From: Pseudomonadota bacterium
GTDB taxonomy: Bacteria; Bdellovibrionota; FAC87; UBA2466
Reading direction: 5' to 3'
DNA: 10,786 nucleotides
Assembly (NCBI GenBank): GCA_043767805.1
Contig: JAYUGC010000138.1
Location: forward strand, 1 to 10,786
Shown: one piece after another, positions 1 through 7,616 of the stretch
How positions within the stretch are numbered: the first letter of the stretch is position 1
Layout: each line of letters begins with the position of its first letter
Translations under genes and position numbers: made by a program
Notes under the pieces: generated by a model
Database searches by the model: none
The model's input: only the letters and a program-made list of their open reading frames with translations
Told to the model about the DNA's origin: nothing

Positions 1-87
1 CTCGGCGCGTAAATGGAACGAGGCTGGGGTGTTTCGCGCTTCCGCGCGGCACGTAAGCATTTATCTCAAGTTCAGGCGGGAAGCCTT

Positions 88-94
88 AGGAGGT
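88..94 (+). promoter_or_regulatory. Shine-Dalgarno site of ORF 99-797
   Basis: AGGAGGT immediately upstream of ATG 99. Confidence 0.8.
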
Positions 95-98
95 TAGG

Positions 99-797
99 AT
101 GGGTCCCCCGACCGTCTCTCTGAATAGCGTACCTTGGATAGTGCTAGGGGCTTTGCTGTGGGCTGGTCTCGCTCGCGGTCTCGTTCTTTGTGAGAAGGAG
201 TATCGCTCCATTCATTTAGGAGCTCGGCCTCAGCAAGAGCTGTCGCCCCTCGCCGAGTCCACTTCGGGGCTCGTGAAACAAATCGAAGACGCTCTCGCGC
301 GGTTTCGCGGGGGTTCCGCCTCATTGCCTGACAGATTTACTTGCTCCTTTGGGCGTTGCTCCGTCGTTTCGGAGACGCTCCAAGAAGCGCTCCGAGCCGT
401 CGGCATTGCGACTCAACGACTTGAGGTTGGAGATGCCCTTGTCGTAAGGGCAAACGGCGCGGGACGACGTTTACTTTTCTATCATTTTTTCTTGTTCATC
501 GAGGGGAACCCGGGACGCGAGGGCATCATCATCGACCCCGCTTACCGCCAGTTCATGCCGGTAGCGGCCCGGGATAAATTTCCCGACGTGTTCGTGGGCA
601 CCAGGGACAAGCTCGTCGAAGCTTACCGGCAAAGTCAGCTTGGGTATCGGCAAACTCGGGAGGGACCGGAGAGCTACAATTACCTGACTCCCGAGGATCT
701 CGTGGATCGGACGTACGGCTTTGGGACGAATTCGTTCCGGCGTCGGTTGCATCCAGCGCAGGAAGAAGGCTCCGGGGCCAAAGTGGGGCAACCTTAG
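99..797 (+). CDS. Hypothetical exported/membrane-anchored protein with putative papain/transglutaminase-like Cys-His-Asp triad (232 aa)
   Basis: Strong SD AGGAGG at 88-93, 5 nt before ATG. Hydrophobic N-terminus (WIVLGALLWAGLARG). Motifs GRC87SVVS..L..AL...GI, YH129FFL and IIID146PAYRQF occur in the order typical of transglutaminase-like folds. Function is inferred. Confidence 0.75.
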   Translation: MGPPTVSLNSVPWIVLGALLWAGLARGLVLCEKEYRSIHLGARPQQELSPLAESTSGLVKQIEDALARFRGGSASLPDRFTCSFGRCSVVSETLQEALRAVGIATQRLEVGDALVVRANGAGRRLLFYHFFLFIEGNPGREGIIIDPAYRQFMPVAARDKFPDVFVGTRDKLVEAYRQSQLGYRQTREGPESYNYLTPEDLVDRTYGFGTNSFRRRLHPAQEEGSGAKVGQP

Positions 798-857
798 CGG
801 ACTATTGTGTCTCTGGGCGGTTCCCGGCGGGAAAGTTTTCCGGTACAGTTCCCGCCA

Positions 858-2054
858 ATGGGAGCTGTCCTTTTCTTACTGAAACGCTATCTCTTCCCGA
901 AACGGGGAAGCTTGCTCACCATGGCGCTTTGGGTGTCGGTGGCCGGCGTTGCTTTGGGAATCATGCAGCTCATGCTGGTGCTCTCCGTCATGAGCGGTTT
1001 CTTGAAGCTCTTTGAGAAGAACTACACCCGCATCTCTTCCCAGCTCGTCGTCATTCCGAAGCAGAAGCGGGTAGGGGAAAACGTGTTCCGCCGCCAGCTG
1101 CTCGAAATTCCCGGCATCGAGGCCGTGACTCCTTTTGGTCTCGGCCAAGCCATGGTCATGAAAGACGGCGTCGGTGGCGTCACGCTCGAAGGCATCGAGG
1201 TCGATTCCTCGAAACAGGTCACGCCCTGGAAAGAGATTTGGGTTGCAGAGCCCCTCTGGGAGCTGCAGAAGAAAAACTCCTATTGGATGTGGATGGGTGT
1301 TCAGCTCGCCCGAAAGCTCGACGTCAAACCGGGGGATACGGTCGACGTCCTCATTCCCAGTCAGCGCACCGGCCGCCAGGTCCTTACCTTCACGGTGACC
1401 GCGCTCACCAAGTTCGGCATCTACGAGCACGATTTAAGATACGCGCGAGTCGACATCAGCTCGCTCAAAGAAGTGTTTCGCACGCACCATGTCGAGCCCA
1501 TGTACAAGACGAAGATTTCCGACAAGGCGAACCTGGACGAAGTGTCCTTGGCGCTCGCCCGCCAGTTTGACGTGCAGATCGAGACCCGCAAGTGGAGCGA
1601 GATCCACGAGAATATTTTCAAGGCGGTCGAGCATCAAAAGAAGATGCTATTTCTGATTCTGGAGATCTTGGTGGCGCTCGCCGCGGTGAACGTCGTCAAT
1701 CTCCTATTGATGAGCGCCTATCACCGCAAGCGGGACGTGGCCATCTTGCGCGCGCTCGGCATGCGTATGTGGAAAGTGATCGTCTTCTTCGTCGCTCAGG
1801 GAGCGGCAGTGGGGATGGCGGGCATCGGCTTTGGCGTGGTCCTTGGCTGGATTGCCTGCTGGGTCGCCGAGCACTTTCAGCCGACTTTACTCAGCGAGCG
1901 AGTTTACAACGTGACGCGGCTTCCGTTTCACATCGAAACTTATGACGTGTTCCTTGTCTGTGGGGCGGGGTTCGTCCTATGCATAGGGTTCAGTTTGATT
2001 CCGGCTTTCGGCGCCGCTTTGGCCCGTCCGGTGTCCGCCCTGCGAGATGAATGA
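858..2054 (+). CDS. lolE: Lipoprotein-releasing ABC transporter permease, LolC/E (LolF-like) family (398 aa)
   Basis: N-terminal KRYL motif, TM1 ending SVMSGF, large periplasmic domain, RKRDVAILRALG loop, three C-terminal TMs, ARPVSALR end; directly upstream of lolD. ATG 858 is preferred over the track's GTG 807 because family homology begins there. lolC vs lolE vs lolF cannot be resolved by eye. Confidence 0.9.
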   Translation: MGAVLFLLKRYLFPKRGSLLTMALWVSVAGVALGIMQLMLVLSVMSGFLKLFEKNYTRISSQLVVIPKQKRVGENVFRRQLLEIPGIEAVTPFGLGQAMVMKDGVGGVTLEGIEVDSSKQVTPWKEIWVAEPLWELQKKNSYWMWMGVQLARKLDVKPGDTVDVLIPSQRTGRQVLTFTVTALTKFGIYEHDLRYARVDISSLKEVFRTHHVEPMYKTKISDKANLDEVSLALARQFDVQIETRKWSEIHENIFKAVEHQKKMLFLILEILVALAAVNVVNLLLMSAYHRKRDVAILRALGMRMWKVIVFFVAQGAAVGMAGIGFGVVLGWIACWVAEHFQPTLLSERVYNVTRLPFHIETYDVFLVCGAGFVLCIGFSLIPAFGAALARPVSALRDE

Positions 2055-2764
2055 TGGCTTCCACCGAGAAAAAGATCCGATCCGACGCGCTTTTCACCTG
2101 CCGGGGCCTTTCCAAGGTCTACCGCCGCGCGGGCGCAACACCCCTCGAAGTCTTGAAGAACGTGGACCTCGATATTTTCCCGGAAGATCGCATCGCCATC
2201 GTGGGTAAAAGCGGCACGGGCAAGAGCACGCTGCTCCATCTCTTGGGTACGTTAGAGGGGCCGTCGGCGGGCAAGGTGCTCTTTCTGGGCCAGGACATCT
2301 TCGGCTTCGACGAGCCGCGACTCGCGTCGTTTCGAAACAAAGAACTCGGCTTCATTTTTCAGTTCCACTACCTGATGGTGGAGTTTACCGCCGTGGAGAA
2401 CGTGATGATGCCGGCTTTGGTCGGCGGCATGAAGAAGAGTGAAGCGCGGGAAAAAGCGGAAGCGCTGCTCGGGAAGGTAGGCCTCGGCGAGCGATTGACC
2501 CATCGGCCGAACCAGCTTTCCGGCGGCGAGCAGCAACGCGTCGCCATCGCTCGCGCGCTCATGATGAACCCTAAACTGCTTTTGACGGACGAGATGACCG
2601 GGAATTTGGATCCGGTCACGGGCGCGCAGGTGTTCGAGCTCGTGATGGGTTTGCAGGCCGAGTTCAAGATGGCTTTAATCTCGGTCACTCACGATGAGCC
2701 GATGGCGGCTTCCTATGGGCGCATCCTTCGTCTCAAAGACGGACAGCTCCACAAAGAAAAGTGA
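2051..2764 (+). CDS. lolD: Lipoprotein-releasing ABC transporter ATP-binding protein LolD
   Basis: Walker [11 protein letters not shown]-loop GFIFQFHYL, signature [15 protein letters not shown], Walker B/D-loop [13 protein letters not shown]-loop VTHD. ATGA overlap with the permease stop (2051-2054). Confidence 0.95.
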   Translation: MMASTEKKIRSDALFTCRGLSKVYRRAGATPLEVLKNVDLDIFPEDRIAIVGKSGTGKSTLLHLLGTLEGPSAGKVLFLGQDIFGFDEPRLASFRNKELGFIFQFHYLMVEFTAVENVMMPALVGGMKKSEAREKAEALLGKVGLGERLTHRPNQLSGGEQQRVAIARALMMNPKLLLTDEMTGNLDPVTGAQVFELVMGLQAEFKMALISVTHDEPMAASYGRILRLKDGQLHKEK

Positions 2765-2819
2765 ATTAGCTTCTAGAAGTTACCTGATCTCGCCGAGGCG
2801 GACCCGGCCGACTTTTCCC

Positions 2820-2848
2820 TTTTCAAGTAGCCTCACCGTAGGTAGAAT
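2820..2848 (+). promoter_or_regulatory. Putative sigma70-type internal promoter for bamA-skp
   Basis: TTTTCA (2820-2825) - 17 nt - TAGAAT (2843-2848) in the lolD-bamA intergenic gap. Confidence 0.5.
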
Positions 2849-2925
2849 CCGTCCCTGAGTAAATTGAACAAATCCAAGTACTTAGCTTTAGGTAGTTCCG
2901 TGGGTTTTTGGGAAGGTTGTACAGC

Positions 2926-5280
2926 TTGAGGTCTTACTGGCGTCTGGGAGCCACCCTCTTTTGTTTTTTCAGCATGATCGCGGCCGCCGCGCCCAAGGGC
3001 GACGGCGCTACGATCCAATCCGTCGAAATTCGCGGTAACCGCAAGATCGAAGTCGACGCGATCCGCCAAAAAATCTCGGCGGCTGTCGGCTCGCGCCTCA
3101 CTCCCGAGATCGTCCGCAACGACATTCAAAGCATCCACGGCCTCGGCTTTTTCGATCAGATAGAAGCGAGCGAAGAACCGCAGGGCGGGGGCGTCCGCCT
3201 CATCTACACCGTGCGCGAAAAGCCGGTCATCGCGAAAATCCTCTACGAGGGGCTCGATGCCCTCGAGGAAACCGAAGCGAAGGAATCCGTCGAGGTCAAA
3301 GAGTTCGAGGTTCTGGACATTCACAAGTTAAATAGCTCCGTCCAGAAGCTGACCTCGAAGTACGAGGAAAAAGGCTACTACCTGGCCGACGTCCGCTACG
3401 AGACCAAGGTCGACGACGCGCGCAACGAAGCTACGGTTACGTTCAACATCCAGGAAAACGACAAGATCCAGGTCAAGAACATCAACATCATTGGCAACAA
3501 GGTTCTCACCGACGAGGACTTGAAAGCCGTGATGCAGACGAAAGAAGGCGGCTTCTTCTCCTGGCTCACCGGCAGCGGTGCGTACCGCGAAGCCGTTTTC
3601 GAGCGCGACATCGCCGCCATGGGCTTTTACTACGGCACCCTGGGTTACGTGCGTGCCCGCTTCGGCAAGCCGGAAGTGACCGTCTCTCCTGACAAGAAGT
3701 GGGTCTACATCAGCTTCTTCCTCGAGGAAGGCCTCCAGTACAACGTGGGCCAAATCGATTTCCGCGGCGAGCTTCTCTACAACAAGACCGAGCTCCTGGA
3801 AGATCTTCAGCTGATTCAAGGCGAAGTCTTCAACGCCGAGACGCTCCGCCGGGAAACGCTTCGGTACACCGAAAAATATTCCGACCTCGGTTATGCGTTC
3901 GCGAACGTCGTCCCGCAGCCGACCATTCACGACGATACCCGCACGGTCGACATCACCTTCGAAGTGGACAAGGGCGAGCGCGTTTACATCGGCCGCGTCA
4001 CCGTAACGGGCAATACCCGCACGAAAGACAAAGTCGTTCGCCGCGAGCTCCTCATCCATGAAGGCGAGCTCTTTAACGGTTCCAAGAAGCGCATCAGCCG
4101 CGAGAACGTCGTTCGCCTAGGCTTCTTCGATAGCGTCGAGTTCCATCAATCGACGTCCCGAGGCGATCCGAACGTCGTCGACATCGAAGTCCGGGTGAAA
4201 GAGCGCTCCACGGGTCAGCTCGTCATCGGCGCCGGTTACGCCTCGGGCTCCATTGGTTTCACGGCCCACGCCCAGCTGTCTCAAAATAACTTCCTCGGTA
4301 ACGGCCAAGTGGCTTCTCTCTCGGCTCAGGTGCTGACGGGTCAGAAGCTGTACGAGTTCAACTTGGGCTTCACCGAGCCTTATGTCGGCGCGTCTCTTTG
4401 GAGTCTCGGCGGCGATATCTACCAGCTCCGCCGTACGGTAAGCACGCTCGCGGGCGCGGATACGTTCGTCGAAATGAAAACCGGTTTCGACGTGAAGCTC
4501 GGTCATCCCATTTCGGAACAGACGAACCTGTACCTTACCTACAAGGCTGAGAACAGCTACGTCAATCCGATCTCCATCATCGATACGAAGCTCATTACGC
4601 CGTCTTCCGTGAATGGCATCACCAGCAGTCTCGCGGCGAGCGTGGTCTTTGATAAACGCGACGATCGTTTCGACCCTCGCAGCGGCTGGTACTGGAGCTT
4701 GTCGACCGAGCTCGCGGGTCTTGGCGGCGATCGCCATTACCTGCGTAACCGCGGCGAGCTAAAGTTCTTCCATCCGCTTTTTTGGGACGTGATTTTCCGG
4801 TCGCAGTTCAAGATGGGCGCCATCTCGAAGACGGGAAGCTCGCCGGTTCCGATCAACGAGCTATTCATTCAGGGCGGTCTCTTTTCGCTGCGCGGCTACA
4901 AGAATCTTTCCCTCGGCCCCACGGACACTTTGAGTCCCGCGGGCTCTCCGTACTTGTCCGAAAAGGCGAGAGACGCCGGCCTCGGCGGACAGCAGATCGT
5001 CATCGGCGGTCAGTACGAAGTGCAGAGCAATCTCGAGATCGAGTTTCCGCTGCTGAAAGAAGCGCGCATTCGCGGCGTAATTTTCTTCGATACGGGTAAC
5101 GCGTTCACCGGCAGCTTCTTCAATCAAGTCCCCAAGCTTTTCGCCAACTTCGGCTGGGGTTTCCGCTGGTTCACGCCCATCGGTCCCTTGCGTTTTGAGT
5201 TCGGCTATCCTATCGTCAAGAAAGCTGGCATGGATATTGGCAAGCCCGAGTTCTACTTCACCATCGGGCCGCCGTTCTAA
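2926..5280 (+). CDS. bamA: Outer membrane protein assembly factor BamA (about 784 aa)
   Basis: Signal peptide, POTRA repeats (IRGNRKIE, GNTRTKDKVVRREL, RLGFF), barrel start ERSTG, loop-6 LRGY motif, C-terminal GFRWFTPIGPLRFEFGYP and terminal Phe. Start uncertain: TTG at 2908, 2917 or 2926; 2926 has GGAAGG (2911-2916) 9 nt upstream. Confidence 0.97.
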   Translation: MRSYWRLGATLFCFFSMIAAAAPKGDGATIQSVEIRGNRKIEVDAIRQKISAAVGSRLTPEIVRNDIQSIHGLGFFDQIEASEEPQGGGVRLIYTVREKPVIAKILYEGLDALEETEAKESVEVKEFEVLDIHKLNSSVQKLTSKYEEKGYYLADVRYETKVDDARNEATVTFNIQENDKIQVKNINIIGNKVLTDEDLKAVMQTKEGGFFSWLTGSGAYREAVFERDIAAMGFYYGTLGYVRARFGKPEVTVSPDKKWVYISFFLEEGLQYNVGQIDFRGELLYNKTELLEDLQLIQGEVFNAETLRRETLRYTEKYSDLGYAFANVVPQPTIHDDTRTVDITFEVDKGERVYIGRVTVTGNTRTKDKVVRRELLIHEGELFNGSKKRISRENVVRLGFFDSVEFHQSTSRGDPNVVDIEVRVKERSTGQLVIGAGYASGSIGFTAHAQLSQNNFLGNGQVASLSAQVLTGQKLYEFNLGFTEPYVGASLWSLGGDIYQLRRTVSTLAGADTFVEMKTGFDVKLGHPISEQTNLYLTYKAENSYVNPISIIDTKLITPSSVNGITSSLAASVVFDKRDDRFDPRSGWYWSLSTELAGLGGDRHYLRNRGELKFFHPLFWDVIFRSQFKMGAISKTGSSPVPINELFIQGGLFSLRGYKNLSLGPTDTLSPAGSPYLSEKARDAGLGGQQIVIGGQYEVQSNLEIEFPLLKEARIRGVIFFDTGNAFTGSFFNQVPKLFANFGWGFRWFTPIGPLRFEFGYPIVKKAGMDIGKPEFYFTIGPPF

Positions 5281-5294
5281 TGGAGCAAAATCCC

Positions 5295-5825
5295 ATGAAG
5301 TCGATTCTTTCCGTCGCAATCGTGTCCTTGTTCTTCGTCGTCAGTGCCGCCAAGGCCGCGCCGTCCGCCACCAACCTGAAAATCGCATACGTCGATTTGC
5401 AGCAGGCGCTCCAAAACGTTGACGCGGGCAAAAAGGCCAAAGGCCAGCTCGAAAAAGACGTGGCGGCCAAAAAGGCCGAGCTCGAAAAAGAGCAGGGCTC
5501 TCTCCAAAAGGAAGCCGAAGAGTTTGAAAAGAAGGCCGCCATCTTGAACGAAGCGGCGCGCGGGAAGAAACAAGCGGAGCTTCAGAAAAAGCTCGTCGAT
5601 TTTCAGCGTAAAGCGGCCGAGACCCAAATGACTTTGCAGCAGCAAGAGCGCAGCCTCACCAAGCCTCTCATCGATGAGCTCAGGTCCATTATCGAAGGCA
5701 TTGGCAAAGAGCGCGGTTATCAGCTCATTCTCGAGAAGAACGAAGGCGCGGTACTTTACGCCGAAGCCGGTTCCGATCTGACCGACGAAGTGGTCAAGCG
5801 CTTCAATAGCAAGCGCGGGAAATGA
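5295..5825 (+). CDS. skp: Periplasmic chaperone Skp/OmpH (176 aa)
   Basis: Signal peptide, KIAYVDLQ motif, long coiled coil, GYQLILE..AVLYA..DLTDEVVK end; position after bamA. SD GGAG 5282-5285 favours ATG 5295 (alternative ATG 5280 overlaps the bamA stop). Confidence 0.95.
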   Translation: MKSILSVAIVSLFFVVSAAKAAPSATNLKIAYVDLQQALQNVDAGKKAKGQLEKDVAAKKAELEKEQGSLQKEAEEFEKKAAILNEAARGKKQAELQKKLVDFQRKAAETQMTLQQQERSLTKPLIDELRSIIEGIGKERGYQLILEKNEGAVLYAEAGSDLTDEVVKRFNSKRGK

Positions 5826-5829
5826 TCCG

Positions 5830-6582
5830 CTAGTCGTTCTTGCGGGCGAGCCAGACGCGCGTGTTGTAAGGCACGACGATCTTGTCTTGTTTGGATCGGC
5901 GGAGAATTCGTTCGATGCCCGTGAGCACTTGCGGAAGCCGATCTCCCGCCTGCCGCATGAGCGTCAGATGCGATCGCCAGTGCACCATGGCCTCATCGAT
6001 GGTCTGCGTGTGCCGGACGGGATAGTTCAGTCGCTGCACTTTGGAAAAATACCCGCAGTCCTGCAGGATCTGACTCTGATCCTCGCGGCGCACGCCGGAG
6101 GAGAACCCGGGAATGGTGTTGACGATGTACTCGTCGACTAACGCTTGAAGCGGGTCGTTTAAATCGCGGTGGTTCCAAAGACAGGCGAACCAGCCCAAGG
6201 GCTTCAAGATGCGGTTGGCCTCGGCTAGGGCTGCTTGCCTCTGCACGGTGTGAAACGACGACCCATAAGTGACCAGGGAGAACTCCTGGTCGTCGCAGCC
6301 GGTTTGCTCGCCGGTGGCTTCTTTCCAGATGACGCGGTCGAAGACGACGCAGCGGCGTTCGCCGATGGCCCGCATCTCGGGGGATGGCTCGATGGCGGTC
6401 ACTGGGATGCCGTGTCGGGCCAAGAGCAGAGTCAGCCGACCCGCTCCGGCGCCAATATCACAGATAGTGCTCTTCGCGGTGAAGTTCGCAAACTCCAAAA
6501 TGGCTGCCACCGCTTCCGGAGCGTACTCAGGACGCTGGGCGTAGTCCTCGGCAATCTGTGAATAATCCCAGGTAAGCTCCAC
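5830..6582 (-). CDS. Class I SAM-dependent methyltransferase (Methyltransf_11-like, 250 aa)
   Basis: Y...RP.Y N-terminal motif, motif I ICDIGAGAGRLT, VTAIEPSPEM, SSFH, EANRILKPLG. GTG start. Confidence 0.9.
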   Translation of the reverse strand: MELTWDYSQIAEDYAQRPEYAPEAVAAILEFANFTAKSTICDIGAGAGRLTLLLARHGIPVTAIEPSPEMRAIGERRCVVFDRVIWKEATGEQTGCDDQEFSLVTYGSSFHTVQRQAALAEANRILKPLGWFACLWNHRDLNDPLQALVDEYIVNTIPGFSSGVRREDQSQILQDCGYFSKVQRLNYPVRHTQTIDEAMVHWRSHLTLMRQAGDRLPQVLTGIERILRRSKQDKIVVPYNTRVWLARKND

Positions 6583-6588
6583 GGGACT

Positions 6589-6594
6589 ATTCTA
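6589..6594 (-). promoter_or_regulatory. Putative -10 box (TAGAAT) 6 nt upstream of the methyltransferase GTG; leaderless transcript candidate
   Basis: Minus strand reads TTTAGAATAGTCCC-GTG with no SD. Confidence 0.55.
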
Positions 6595-6605
6595 AACGAG
6601 AGTGT

Positions 6606-6632
6606 CTTAAAAGGTACAAACTACCTTTTAAG
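6606..6632. repeat. Perfect 11-bp inverted repeat with 5-nt spacer (operator or hairpin)
   Basis: CTTAAAAGGTA-CAAAC-TACCTTTTAAG between the small-protein stop and the methyltransferase start. Confidence 0.9.
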
Positions 6633-6637
6633 CGGAA

Positions 6638-6856
6638 TTAGACGATCAGCATGCTCAATATGAGGACCATGAGGACCGCGAGCAGGCGGAGAATCCAAGG
6701 CGTTTTGACGTCGATATCCTTCAGCCAGGGGCTGACCGATTGCGGCGCGAGCGACGAGCCCCCGCGGTGAGGGCGGCGCTTGGCCGAATGGGTGAAGTTG
6801 ACGTGCACCACGTTCGACTTCGGAATCTCCATCTCTTTGGTGTCATCAAGGCGCAC
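6638..6856 (-). CDS. Small hypothetical membrane protein with a single C-terminal TM helix (72 aa)
   Basis: SD GGAG 7 nt before GTG. Fills the gap between co-oriented genes. Ends in WILRLLAVLMVLILSMLIV-stop. Confidence 0.7.
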   Translation of the reverse strand: MRLDDTKEMEIPKSNVVHVNFTHSAKRRPHRGGSSLAPQSVSPWLKDIDVKTPWILRLLAVLMVLILSMLIV

Positions 6857-6909
6857 GAGTTCGCTCCACGTTTCAATGGTGAGAGATCATTGCTAGAAAA
6901 ACCGAAGTT

Positions 6910-7596
6910 CTACTGAAACCAGAGCCGTTTCGGCTGCCCGTAGTTTCCGAGCTTTACCTCGACGCAACCTTGGACCCGGCCGTTGATAAGGCGGGCGCCG
7001 CAATCGTCGTAATAGCCGTTCGGAACAATCGACTGTCCGATGGAGACGGTAGCGGGCAGCTGCTGGTACTGACTGCCGGTCTGATAGTTACTCGAGTAAG
7101 GATCGTACGGGTTGTAGCTAAACACAGGGGACTGAACATAGCCGTAAAGCATCATGGCAACGCTGCTATCGGAGGCGACAAACGTTCCGGGGGAAGGCTG
7201 CCCGCCGCCGAGTGAGCTGGACGTTACGCAAAACTGACTCTGAACCTGCTGGGGCGGTCCGCCGTAAGGGTTTTGAGTCTGCAAGACGCTGGGCAAGTTC
7301 AAAAGGGCCGAGCCGATGACGCTTTGGTATTGGCTAGCGCCCGACGGATAACCTGAGTAACTCAAGTTCAAGGAAATACTGTTGCCCCCGCTCATAGAGC
7401 CCATAAAGGCAGTCTGGCTGAAGGGTTGTCCGCCCACCGCGCCGCAGTTTACCGATCCACCGCCGCCCCCATAGTTATTGGTCTGGGGAAGAGGAGCCGG
7501 CAAAGCCATAGGCGGAGGAGGAGTGCTCTTTCCGCAACCGGCGAGCATCACAAAAAGGGCCGCCGCACCAAGAATCCAACCGAATTTCGAACGCAT
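6910..7596 (-). CDS. Hypothetical lipoprotein (228 aa), Pro/Gly/Ser/Gln/Tyr-rich
   Basis: ATG 7596 with GGAAAGGT upstream. MRSKFGWILGAAALFVMLAG-C lipobox. Mature start CGKSTPPPP; four further Cys. Confidence 0.85.
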   Translation of the reverse strand: MRSKFGWILGAAALFVMLAGCGKSTPPPPMALPAPLPQTNNYGGGGGSVNCGAVGGQPFSQTAFMGSMSGGNSISLNLSYSGYPSGASQYQSVIGSALLNLPSVLQTQNPYGGPPQQVQSQFCVTSSSLGGGQPSPGTFVASDSSVAMMLYGYVQSPVFSYNPYDPYSSNYQTGSQYQQLPATVSIGQSIVPNGYYDDCGARLINGRVQGCVEVKLGNYGQPKRLWFQ

Positions 7597-7616
7597 AAAA
7601 TTACCTTTCCCGCGTG

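Noticed and set aside
40..62. GGCACG upstream of ORF 99 as a sigma54 -24 element
   Set aside because: No GC at the obligatory 10-nt spacing.
2833..5645. Long antisense and alternative-frame ORFs over bamA and skp (e.g. 3328-4059, 4117-4737)
   Set aside because: Expected shadows of GC-biased codon usage; no motifs or start signals.
6880..6910. GAACTT...TCT on the minus strand as a sigmaE promoter for the small protein
   Set aside because: Spacing is 18 nt rather than 16-17 and the -10 match is poor.
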